A stretch of 64,000 bases of DNA, from the NCBI GenBank assembly GCA_905178155.1, contig CAJINV010000005.1:984564-1048563 (forward strand). The letters are read 5' to 3'. Of this stretch, positions 1 through 11,275 are shown in pieces. Positions within the stretch are counted from its first letter, which is position 1. Each line of letters starts with the position of its first letter. Under the pieces are notes generated by a model that was given only the letters and a program-made list of their open reading frames with translations, was not told the DNA's origin and ran no database searches. The stretch comes from Amoebophrya sp. A120 (Eukaryota > Protista > Dinoflagellata). Made by a program: the position numbers and the translations under genes.

Positions 1-3000
1 TTCTTCGACAAGGGGCACTTCCTGTGTCCCGCGCACCTGCTGTGGCACGAGTTGGTCGAGGACTTGAACTACGGCAACACGCGCGGCCTACTCCAAATGC
101 TGCTGGACGACATGAAGCGCGGGAAGGTGCAGGACCTGACCAGTGCGAGGAAGCTGAAGAACAAGCTGGATCAACATGGGAATGCACCCGGTGGACGAGG
201 TGGACAACCGCGGAGGAATGTATTTTCGCCGAGGAACAACGACTACCTAACATCCGCTGCTGGCGTTACTGGATATAATGATCTTGACCCACAGCAACAA
301 GCAGACAAATCTTCCTTCACCTTCCAAATGAACAATGCCGTTGCCTCCTCCGTGTCCCCGCGCGTTGCCGGCAACCAGCCCTTCCTGGCCGCGGAAGTGT
401 CGGGGCAGTTGTTCGCGGCTTCCGAGGTGTCGCACAAGAACCTCGCGGACTACGTGAAGCAGGATCGCAGAAGAACACGGGAGCTCAGCGGGGACTTGAA
501 GGGCATGTACAACCACCACCGCGAGGGCCAGCACTTCGCGGAGGATTTGAAGGCGATTGGCGTCGACGCGGAGACCGTCGAGCAGCTGGCGAGCGAGGGC
601 TTGTTGCCGGAGAAGGAGGAAGAGGGAGATTTGGTCACGGGGTCGTCCCCGGCCGCTTCTCCCTCGTCGCCCACCGCGGCGGACGATGACCGCAGGTTAG
701 CGAGGCTACTGGCGTCGCCGACGGGTGACACCGCTCCGGCACAGCTGCCGCGCGCCGTCACCCGGCCCATTCACGAAGTGGCTCCGCAGGTTGCGGAGGT
801 TTCCGGCGTCGTGTTGCCGCCACCGCAGCAGGCCGAATTGTCCGGGGTGATTTCCGATCCTCCCCCGCGTGTCGCCGAGCTATCCATGGTGAGTCCGCCA
901 CCGGCAAAACGAACAAAGCCTGTCGGCGCCGCTGCTTTCAAGCGCAAGATGGCCTCGTTCGCTTCCGGCGAGCAGAGCCCAACGTCGCGAGGAAAAGTTC
1001 GCGAAGTATCCGGCGACGGAGTAGATGACATGATGGACCGTTGCCAGCAGCAGCGACGAGAGCCAGATGTTACTAACCCGTTGCCGAACCAGCCAGTCAC
1101 AATACCGACCGCACCCAAGCCGCCGGCGTTCAACAGTTGGCAGCAAAACGAACCCGAGGTGAACGAGATTTCAATGAAGAAGCTGCCAACTATCATGGAA
1201 GAAAGGGACAGGCAAGCGGTTCCGGCGGCAGCCGAACCTGCGCGCGTCGAGGCGCTGAGCTTCGGCCCTACAGTTGCGCAACCCGCGCATCAAGTGGAGG
1301 CGCTGAGTTTTGGCCCGCTCGGGCCCCCGAAGGTGGAGGCGCTGAGTTTCGGCCCAACCACCCTTCCTCCAAAGGTGGAGGCGCTGAGTTACGGTCCGAT
1401 TCCGAAGGCACACGGTGCCTTCCCCTCCGGACTCGCCTCCCCCATGGACATGAGCAACCAGGTGCAGGCCCTGAGCTTCGCTGCCCAACCCGCCTCGCCC
1501 TACGCTGCCGCGGACAGTCTACCAAACGCGGCGGCGCGCACGCCAGTTTATTCCCCAACCGCGTACAAAGTTGGAGATCTTTACGGCAACAATTTCAACA
1601 AGCCCCCGCCCCTAGACCTCTACGATGAGGAGGTGAAGCACCGGCTTTATTTGGAGAGGGAAGCGCTAGAGGAGCGGGTTCGAACCATCCTCACCGGCAT
1701 CATAGAGGCTTGCGCGCAGACGAACTCCGTTTTTCTCCTAGGTCGTCCCTCCGGCGGGAACCGGTTGTCCGAGATTCTGTGCGAGAAGCTGCGCCCCGGG
1801 TGCAACGCGCTGGGGTGTTACACCCTGGACGAGTGCACCACGATCCCCTCCATCGTGTCCCCCAACGTACAGTACAAGTGGCCTACGCAGCGCGAGATCG
1901 AGAACAGCATGTGGAAACACAACTTCCAGGACCCGGCGCGGACGAGGATACCGCAAAAGGTGTTCGAAACGGCTTGCGTGGACGAACGGGAGGAGGTTTA
2001 TGCCGTCGAAAAAACGTACTACCCACTTTTCATATTCATGCAGCAAGTACCAGGCGCGGCTCTCGCCCACAAGGGGCTTTTTGTAGTTTTCTGATAAATT
2101 CACTAAGCAGGATCAGATAGTGGATTGGCGATGTAGCAGCACCAGCTAAGCGCACTAGCTAAGCGCACTAGCTAAGCGCACTAGCTAAGCGCACTAGCTA
2201 AGCGCACTAGCTAAGCGTACTAGCTAAGCGTACGAGCTACGCGCACGAGCTACGCGCACGAGCTACGCGCACTAGCTAAGCGCACTAGCTACGCGCACTA
2301 GCTAAGCGCACTAGCTAAGCGCACTAGCTAAGCGCACTAGCTAAGCGCACTAACTAAGCGCACTAGCTAAGCGCACTAACTGAGCGCACTAGCTCAGCGC
2401 ACTAGCAATCTATGTGTGACTTGTATAGCGAGAGTCACATGATCGTGGCCACGTGGTAAGAACGTTTTTTCGCAGGATGACGTAACCGAAGTAATCAACA
2501 TCCAGTCCGGATTGACGGAGTATGAGAGTACTTGTGTCAAGGACGGCAAAACCATGCTGACGTACGGCGGGTGCATGAAAAACGTGACGCATGTCTTGGT
2601 CTTCGCGACGGACCAGGTATATGATGTTGCTGAGTAGAACATGCACAAGGACAAACAAGGTGATTTTTCACGATCGCGTTATCCCTTTGTAGAATATTGT
2701 CTGAAGTAGAGAAAATAAAGTTGAAATTATCAATCAGGCCCGCAAGAAATTCTGCGAGCTTTTTCTCGAACTTTTCTCGGTCGGCTTGATCGTGGCGGGC
2801 GGAACCGGTCCGATCGCCAAACTCGGGCTGCGCTGCCTCCGCACGGGTTCTCCGCTTATCCTATGTAAAAACATCCCCACCCCAGAGTCAAGATGGGGAT
2901 TTTGCAACACAAACCTTGAAGTTTTGGAAACCACGCATGACAAATTGCAGGCTGTAGTGTAGTGCAGTTTAGCAAGGGAAGCCGCATAACAAATCGATCT

Positions 3001-5822
3001 CCTTATGCTGTTTACAGCATTACAAGTTCCAAAACGCGATTGATAATGCCCCTCATGGGATCGCGCATTACAAACGCTCTCGTGCTTGCAGATCTGCATG
3101 ACAACTCTGTGGTGGGGACGTTTTTACACGGGATACCGCTGTTCATTTTGGAAGGCACGGGCGGTCCGGCCGACGGGTTCGCGGAGCTCATGCGGATTTA
3201 CGAAATGTTCTTTTCCCCGGACGCACTGTACCCCCGCGCGAGTCTGAAGTGGATCCACGAGGAGATCGAGAACCGGTTGACCAAGCGGAACCCTCGGTAC
3301 CACTTCACCTACCACCACTTTTGGACCTTCGCGCGGAACTTCGACGAATCCTTCCGCCACAATTCCGTCATGGTGGTGAATTTATCCTTAGATAACCCGC
3401 AGATGAAGATGCTCCCCGTCGAGCGGCTCCAGGACGAGATCACGCAGGTGATGTCGTCCGTGCACGAAAACTTGGGGGAGATCGGCAATCAAGAATCCGA
3501 GACGCGGGCGATCCAGCACGCGGCCGATTTGTTTGGCGTATTGCTCGACGCGGCGCGAAATTTCCGGTTCGCGGCGACCATTCTGATGACCGTGATCCGC
3601 GTGTTGATTCTCGTCTCCACCACTCTAGCCTTGGCGCAAGTGTGGCTGGAAGCGGCGGAGGACCACCACCCGTTCTTCATGCACAGCAGCGATCCGGGGC
3701 AGGACCGCGCCTGGGCTATTCTCTGGACCCGACGGTTAAACGTGGTACTTCCCTTACTGATCTCCGTCCTCGTCACCTTCAGCGCGAGCTACCGGCCGCT
3801 GCAACGGTTCGTCACCGTTTTCGCCGCGGCGAAACGGATCGAGGGGGAGATTTGGCGGTACCGGGCGCGCGTCGGGGAGTACGTGCCCGTATCGGTGACG
3901 GCGATGAGTTTGAGGAAGAGGAAATCCGCGCGGGAAAACTTCGCGTCCACCGTGGAGGAGATCTGGACCAGCTGCGGGTCCGCGGATTTACGCCTCGGAC
4001 ACTTCTCCCGGTTTTTACCGGATATCTTTTCCTCGGATCGGAACGTGCGCTCCTCCGCGCGGGACGTGCAGGGGCTGCAGTCCTGGAGCAACAATCGGTG
4101 GAGCCGGTCGAGGTCCTGTTTTACCGACGACGGAGATGACCCGCATAACTCCTTCGTCGATCCGCAACGAAACACGAGAAGAAGCTTCGGCCGGTCAAAT
4201 AGCTGGGGAATGAACAAGTTGGGAAAACTTGCCGGAGGCAAGGGCGCGCAATATCAAGACCGGTACGGATACTCTGGTAAAAATCTCGACCCACACGATG
4301 ATTATGGTGGAAGTAGGCGTGAAGCGTTTTACTTCGGAGATGACCAGCACAGCGACCATTCCGGCGACTCGCCTTACCACCACGGCAAAAACCAGGAAGT
4401 AAACAAGCGCAGTAAGTTTTACGGAAAAATGATGACGAACACACGACGCCGGGGCTCCACCGCCGATTTTTTGCTCGATGACAACAAGAAACCTGCCACC
4501 GGCCGGAGTATCAGTTTGAAATTTTTGGAGATGGATAAAGACGATGAAAATAGGTTGAACGCGCCAGTGGTGACGCGGAAGCGGGAATTTTTATCGTACA
4601 AGGCCTGGACGGAGAAGAACCGGGGCCGGGACAAACTTTTGACCGGTGGGGACAAAAACAGTCTCACCTGCTTATCAAGGTGAAAAATGCCCCTACCCCC
4701 GAACGTGGGAGCATTTGTATTGCAAACCTTTCCAAATGAAACATACGCCCTCTTGCATCTTCAGCACCACAGATTTCCAATCGTGAATAGCAAAACTTTG
4801 TATTGCAAAAGACCCCAGCAAAAGTGGCGCTTGTCATGCAAGCGATGCGATACACGCGTAGACTCTGCACCAGAAAGATTCATACTTCTTTCATGCATGA
4901 CAAAAAGTTTGCATCTGGGAACTTCGCATCACAAGTTTTTACGACTTTGGGGGTGGTGGCATTTTTCACTGTAATACTGCTCCGCCGAAGTGTACGTCCG
5001 CGACCGGGTTTTGCCGCAGTTACGGGAGAACGAGCGCATGACGCCGAAGCTGGCGATATGGAATGCAAATATGTCTGGGTCATCTGGAAGAATGCACGTT
5101 TGTCATGCATGTCTGGCATGACTCTTACATCTGTGATGCATGAGCAGGAAAAGGGCCTCGTGCCTGTCATGCAAAAGCGCAGTTTATCATGCGGAAAACG
5201 CAACACTGAGCAGCGCAGACCTTTCTCATGCAAAGCTGTGCATTACAGAGCATTCACGATTCCCAACCAAGTATTACAAGTTTCCAGACCCAGACATATT
5301 TGCAATGCATAGGCGAGACAGCTGTACCAGTTGCAGTTCGCGATCATTGTTTTGAACGCGAGTAACGCCGCGTTGGTGGCATTCGGGGCGGCGGTCTGGG
5401 TGCCGTTGTTACTCGCTCTCGCGTCTTTACTGGAGTACTCGGTAACGTACCAGGCGTTGGAAATGCGGCTGCCGCACATGAACGCCGCGACGAACACGTT
5501 GGTGAAGTTACTTCTCTGGTGGGACGGGCTGACGCGCATCCAGCAGCGGATGCCGGAGAGCAAGGAATTTTTGGTCGATTCGGCGGAAAAAGCGATTTTG
5601 TTACAGCACGACGCGTTCGTCACCGGCGCGCTAGCGTCGCTCCGAGACGCGATCGGGAAGAAGCAGAATCAGAGCAACGACGCAACCGGGGCGGAATTGG
5701 AGGGAAATGGGAATGGGCAGTGGAGAGGAAATTCCTGTGTGCAAGTCGGGAATAGCGGAGGGTTCAAAGGAGGGACGGGTGGGGAGTCGCTAAATCGGAG
5801 CCAGCGGGCGCATAGCATGTAG
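1..5822 (+). CDS. 5'-partial multi-exon gene: low-complexity N-terminus + SLOG/LSDAT (TRPM N-terminal-like) domain + two SLATT-like 2TM domains
   Basis: Frame is open from base 1. GT-AG introns at 2047-2475 and 2617-2737; introners at 2857-3135, 4673-4976 and 5057-5311. The spliced product contains ILTGIIEACAQTNSVFLLG, NVTHVLVF and LIVAGGTGP..RTGSPLFILEGTGGPAD (LSDAT-like), then LPLLISVLVTFSASYRPLQRF..AAKRIEGEIWRYRARVGEY and EVYVRDRVLPQL..LYQLQFAIIV..LLLWWDGLT..LVDSAEKAIL (SLATT-like). Stop at 5820-5822. Confidence 0.75.
2144..2405. repeat. 13-bp tandem repeat (GCTAAGCGCACTA), about 20 copies, intronic
   Basis: Directly visible head-to-tail copies with minor variants (GCTACGCGCACGA), inside intron 2047-2475. 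Confidence 0.95.
2857..3135. mobile_element. Introner, TIR family B (279 bp), TSD CCGCT
   Basis: TATCCTATGTAAAAACATCCCCACC...GGTGGGGACGTTTTTACACGGGATA. CCGCT at 2852-2856 and 3136-3140. Removal gives ..RTGSPLFILEG.. Confidence 0.93.
4673..4976. mobile_element. Introner, TIR family C (304 bp), TSD CTGCT
   Basis: TATCAAGGTGAAAAATGCCCCTACCCCC...GGGGGTGGTGGCATTTTTCACTGTAATA. CTGCT at 4668-4672 and 4977-4981. Removal gives ..SLTCSAEVYVRDR.. Confidence 0.92.
5057..5311. mobile_element. Introner, TIR family A (255 bp), TSD GGCGA
   Basis: TATGGAATGCAAATATGTCTGGGTC...GACCCAGACATATTTGCAATGCATA. GGCGA at 5052-5056 and 5312-5316. Removal gives ..MTPKLARQLYQLQF.. Confidence 0.93.
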
Positions 5823-6311
5823 AATGCATCTTCGAAGTAGATGCGTCTTTTTATTAAAAATATAATTTTTGCGGTCGTTCAATTTCTTGTTGTAAGGTTC
5901 TTGTTTCGAATTTTGTATCTCCATCACGAATGCTGCACTCGCTCCTACGCTTTGTACAATCATAGCTTTTATTGTCATGTCATTACATTGACATTCCGAT
6001 CTTGCATCGACACTAGCAGGAGAATTGGGAAATGGTCACGAACGTGCGCCAAAGCGTCACGCAGCCGGTTGCGCTGTAATGCTTGTGTATATAGGACCGC
6101 ATACTTTTTTCCATTTGATGTCGTGGCGTTCACCTCCGTTGTCTTCGCCTTCGTGTCTGAGCGCCAGAGCTGGTTTGCTTGGATAGAGTATAGTGATGGA
6201 GTGAAGTAAAGAGTGCCTTTGGCTGCAAAGAAAAGCGAGTGCACGAAAGGCTGCTGCTGTCAATGCACTGTCTAGTAGAAGTCTGGCTGTTCAGAAGTTA
6301 AGGAAAAAACG

Positions 6312-9300
6312 ATGACCACCGAAGAGGGGCTCGGCGGCGCAACGCCGTCGGCTTTTCCAGAACCGCTAAGCGTCGTCGACGTGGTTGCCACTGAAGATGT
6401 CACAATTACGGAAGATAGGCCAATCGAAGGCGAGCTTACCCAGGCCGCCGTGTCCGACACCGAGAAGCCGGCAAGTGAAAACCCGGCCAGCGAAATGCCC
6501 ACCGATGCAGCCGGGGCTCTGGGTTTTTGCAAGGAGAACCAGGCCCAGTTTTTGTCTGGTATCACCGTCGCATTGGCCATGATCCCTGAGGCCGTGGCGT
6601 TTTCCTTCGTCGCGAAGGTGGAACCGCCAGTGGCTCTCACGGCAGCCTGGATCATGTGCTTTTTCACCGCCGTAGCGGGCGGCAGGCCAGGTAAAAAAAA
6701 CATTTTGCCACCCGGTCGAGTTCCACGACCAGTGCTCATAAGATAGTTAGGTGCAACATGGGCACCGGGCAAGTTGCAACTCTCGAACCCACTATCACAA
6801 CAAAAAACCAGGTATGATTTCCGGTGCCACCGGTTCCATGGCGGTGATCATGACGTCCATAGTCACTGACGAAGGGGTGGAGTACCTTTTCTGGTATCCT
6901 GTGTAAAAACGTCCCCACCCCAGAGTTGTCATGTAGATTTGCAATTGCAGGAACATTTGTAATGCGCGTCCCCAAGGGAGGCATTTCCAATCGTGTTTTG
7001 GCATTTGTAATGCTGCAAACAGGATAAGCAGATGGATTTGTGATGTGGCTGTCCTTGCTAACATGCACTACACTACGGACTGCAACTTGTCATGCGTGGG
7101 TCCCAAAGCTTCTGGGTTTGTAATGCTACGCTCCCAACTTGACTATGGGGTGGGGACGTTTTTGCATATGATATCTGGGCCGTGATGTTTTGCGGTTTGT
7201 TTCAAATCCTGCTCGGGTTCGCGGGCATCCACAAAGCACTCTCCCTGGTCACCTTCCCTGTCAAGATCGGGTTTCTCAACGGGCTCGCACTGGTGATCGG
7301 GAAGGCGCAGCTGGAATCCTTTTTGATCCCGCACGGGGAGACCACCGAGAAAACCGAGCATTTGGAGATCGTGGACTTCGTGTTGGCGACCAGCAACTAC
7401 GTGAAAGCAGACAAACTGATCGTCATGCTGGTACTAATAGTATAGCAACAGCTAGCTATAGGTTTTTTTCTGGAGAAATTCCGTCATAGCAAGTTTGATG
7501 GTTTCAGCATTCTTGCAATGGTTTCGGCGACAGCAAAACTCTTTTTGTCCTCTTCCTGTGCATTTTTTGCATCTGCTCTTCAAAGAGGATTCATTTTCCT
7601 GTTCCAAGCGAAAGAAGTATCAAACCCGCGGCCTAAAAAATAAGGTCCTTTCCTTCATCGCCCTGGGCATCAACTTTCTTCCCGAAAAGTTTCAAAAATA
7701 CCCCCTCGCGCTTATCTCCATCGTTTTCGTCACCGTCCTGGAGCACGCCTGCGTCCGCACGTTCATTCTGCCGGATGAGGGAACTACGCTCGTGGAGGAC
7801 ATGGCGAATCTGAAAGGGAACTTCCTCGAGGTGGTGTTTAGCAAGTACGACATGCCGAATCCCTTCAACGACGGGGGTGCACTCGCGTCGACGATTCTCA
7901 CCGCGGTTTATTTGTGCGTGATCGGGCTCACCGAGTCCCTGATGACGTTGGAGAAGATCGACGAGATGCTGCCCGACTCCCCGCCCGGAGATGCGAGACG
8001 GGAGGTTTTGGCGCAGGGCGGCGGCAATTTGATCTGTGGGTTCTTCGGGTCCATGGGCGGTTGCGCCATGATCGGGCAGGCCATGATCAACGTGCGGAAT
8101 GGCGGCACGAAGAGGATAGCCGGTATGACGGCCGGTGTGGGCACGCTTCTGATTATGGTGGCCATCAGTCCGGTTATAGGAAAAATTCCGGTTGGCAGTT
8201 TGGTCGGAGTGATGTGGTATAATTTTTTCCAGCTACGAAGATCATCAAGATCACACATCAAGAATTACTATCGCTTCGCATCTAAAATGTCCGAAAACGA
8301 GTACAATTGCACCTCCTACTCATAACAGGTGCGTGTCGTATCACACCTGGGAGAAAAAGACCCACATCCTGTTCTACGAGGCCTTTACGGGCAAGCCCTG
8401 GAAGCCGATTGAAGTATACGTCGTCAGCGAGGAGGCCGTGACCCCCGCGGTGGAGTCTCCCGCAACGACCGAAGGCGGAAATAGAAATCAGCTGCTGCCG
8501 CCGGGCGGCGATAATGTGGTGCGGGTGATCTCCGTCAGCAAGGAGGCACTGGCGCAAGCCGACGTAGGCCGATCGGGCTCCAAGGACCCACCCCCAGCGG
8601 ACGACTCGTTTGGGCAACCGCCCAGGTCCCAGCCCAGTAAGGAAACGGTCGGCAGCAAAGGATCGGAAATATCATCATGTACAGATAGATATTTTTTTGG
8701 GTACCGATTTTTTTTTGTTGTACTACAAATACAAACAGAATTATGAGGAGTATAGCAGGTATGCTGGTTCTTGTTTGTTCTTCGATTGCGACAGCGGCGC
8801 ACGTGAACAAAATCGAATGCACAATGAATTCTACTACCAAAATGCAAAAATAGACTCCGCCGGCGGCACGCGCGTGGTCCGCAAGCGGTCCAAGGGACAC
8901 TACCACCACGGCGTCGCGGGCGAGCAGAGTCCCGCGGCTAAGCGCGAAGACATCGTTTCGCATTTGGACAACGTGGTCGTCACCCCGGCGGCGCTGCGGG
9001 ACCGATCGCGGCTGTCCAAGGAAGAAGCGGAGGACGTTATCGAAAGGAAAAAGCCCCCCTCCCCGTATCAAACCGGAACTTCTGGCGCTGGATTTGCGTA
9101 CACAGATCAGCTTTGTCTTGCTGGAGAGGACTGCTGGCCCATATCAAGCCTTTGTAGGGAGATTTTGGCCTAGGCGCTTAGAATGAGAAACGTCTGCGCT
9201 GTAGGCTCACCAGCATCACAAACCCCCTGCGTAAATGCGGCGGCGCCTGTGGAGTTGCCTTCTTGCAAGACAGAGATGGTTTGTGGTCGACAATCAGCAT

Positions 9301-10158
9301 TGCAAATCTTCTGCGGCGTGCCTTTTCGATATTGGGAGGGGGAGTTTTTCCTTTTGATAGACGTGCAGCTCGGTTTGGCGGAGCTTTCCCGCTTCGACTG
9401 CTTCATCGTGGTAGTGGTCACCATCGGGTATGAATTGCAAAAATGTCTGGGTCTGGAAGATTCTGACAGTTGTCACGCACGTTTTGCATGAGCCATGATG
9501 TCTGTGATGCATATACTAGCAATACAGATTGTTTGAGGGCTTCTTGATGCCTATTCCGCATCACAAATGCCTTCTCATCGTAGCAAAAATTGCATTCCCT
9601 TCGCTACTCATGCAATACAGATTTTTTTGGAATCCAAAGGCAGCATCACAAGTTGCAATCTTCCAGACCCAGACATATTTGCAATGCATATCGGGACGCT
9701 GATTACCAATCTCGCCATCGCGGTCGCGGCGGGAATCGTGATGTCGAAGCTCATATCCTAAGTAAAAACGTCCCCACCTCAGAGTTGTCACGCAAACTCT
9801 GCTGGCTGAAAATATTTCTCATTGCGGAGCTCCTCGAGAAGCATTTTCTAGTCGTGTTTCGTAGTTTGTCATGCTTTAAAAATCAGCATTATATGCTAGA
9901 TCTGTGATGCTGCTGAACTACCTGAGCAGCATTACACTACGAGGCCAAACTTGTCATGTGCAACAGCCAAAGCTGGTTGATTTGTCTAGCAGATATCTCA
10001 TCTTGATTCTGGTGTGGGGACGCCTTTACTCAGGATAGCTCAACAGCTTGTACCTGCAAAAGTACGGCGACGACAAGCCCGCCCCGGCGGACGCGAGTAC
10101 GAAGCCAGCGGTGGGCACACCCGTGGCGCAGGACCCGGAATCGCTGGCGCCGAATTGA
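6312..10158 (+). CDS. SulP/SLC26 family anion (sulfate/bicarbonate) transporter, multi-exon
   Basis: [90 protein letters not shown] and [10 protein letters not shown] are SulP motifs. Four GT-AG introns and four introners. Stop TGA at 10156-10158. Confidence 0.9.
6895..7173. mobile_element. Introner, family B (279 bp), TSD TCTGG, opposite orientation to 2857-3135
   Basis: TATCCTGTGTAAAAACGTCCCCACCCCA...TGGGGTGGGGACGTTTTTGCATATGATA. Removal gives ..EYLFWAVMFCG.. Confidence 0.93.
9038..9359. mobile_element. Introner, family D (322 bp), TSD GACGT
   Basis: TATCGAAAGGAAAAAGCCCCCCTCCCC...GGGAGGGGGAGTTTTTCCTTTTGATA. Removal gives ..[13 protein letters not shown].. Confidence 0.92.
9429..9690. mobile_element. 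Introner, family A (262 bp), TSD TCGGG
   Basis: TATGAATTGCAAAAATGTCTGGGTCTGGAAGA...TCTTCCAGACCCAGACATATTTGCAATGCATA. Removal gives ..[13 protein letters not shown].. Confidence 0.94.
9754..10037. mobile_element. Introner, family B (284 bp), TSD GCTCA
   Basis: TATCCTAAGTAAAAACGTCCCCAC...GTGGGGACGCCTTTACTCAGGATA. Removal gives ..[12 protein letters not shown].. Confidence 0.92.
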
Positions 10159-11275
10159 GGAGATTTATTTGTTTCCGGAAATTAAGTTTCGCATGATCCA
10201 TCATCCAGATGTGCTAATATGCAAAATAAGGCCACCAGTCGTGGACAGTTATCCGTCGAGAGAGAGAGAGAGAGGAGCTCCTAATGTACTACTCCCTTAC
10301 TTGTTTTACAAGATATACTCGCAAGCAGGCGGTAAATGTAAAGTTACTGTAAAATAAATTCGATATTGAATTGATCTAATTATCAATCGGTGACTTTCAT
10401 CGCCGACCGCTGCTTTAGAACCCTATACAGAAGTATTTTGGAACTTTTCTCTTTCACAGTTCCTTGTCCTTACCTGGGAACTTTTGCAAAATTGTATGAT
10501 GGATTCGTTTCCTGAGGTGAGGAAAATGTTATCTACTTCCGGTCAACTACAAAATGCAGGATGATGTGCTACTCGTTGGTATTAGAAGCTCTGGTTGTGT
10601 GTGCCGTGCCCTAGACAGCGGCCGAAGCATCATTGTGCTGGTGCATGTACTTTCTTTTCTTGCGCGCCTCGTATGCACACCGCGTGCGGTAGTTTTAACG
10701 TCACGTGCTGTCTACTTGCAGTGGAAAAAATAGGTCAGCGGTGCAGGAGAGAGTGTTGAAATTCAAGTTCACAAAAATCTGCTTGTCGTTATATTTCTTT
10801 GTACGTAGAAGTTCTAGTTTCGTATTCGTTCGGTGCGGTCAGTTCGTGCAGTAAAACAACCACTCGTTCTTCACACAGAAGCTGCAAATAGAATCTTTCG
10901 TCCTGTCGTGCACCTATTTTTTCGTCGCGTCGTGCAGGAATGGAAATGGTGGCCATAAGTAACGGCGATAATATCATGCTTTGGTCCGTGACCGGTCACA
11001 GCTTTGCCGTACTTAGCGCATGCTTTGTTTTCTGAAGTTCAGCTGCGATTATACCCTGCCACGTGAACGATGCCATTTCAATTGCTTTTTCTCCGTGTCA
11101 TGAGCTCAGCTTAACGACGGATTAATTTGATTCCCACCCCGCGAAGGTATGTACATTTGTGAAGATGTCTCTTTTACGACAGCGCAAAAGCAATATATGA
11201 TTCTGTTTTTTTCCTAAACTAAAACAAGCCATTCAGCCTGCCACGACTTCAGCGTCAGCCTTGATTTATCGTAGT

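Noticed and set aside
1246-1480. VEALSFGP peptide repeats in the first gene
   Set aside because: Real, but an ordinary short coding tandem repeat in a disordered region with no evidence of a distinct system.
2144-2405. Regular short repeats resembling a CRISPR array
   Set aside because: Head-to-tail 13-mers with no unique spacers, inside a spliceosomal intron, and no cas genes.
8679-8853. Apparent non-canonical intron with ACAGA/ATAGA repeat in SulP
   Set aside because: A canonical GT(8679)-AG(8853) pair keeps the frame and no TIR is present.
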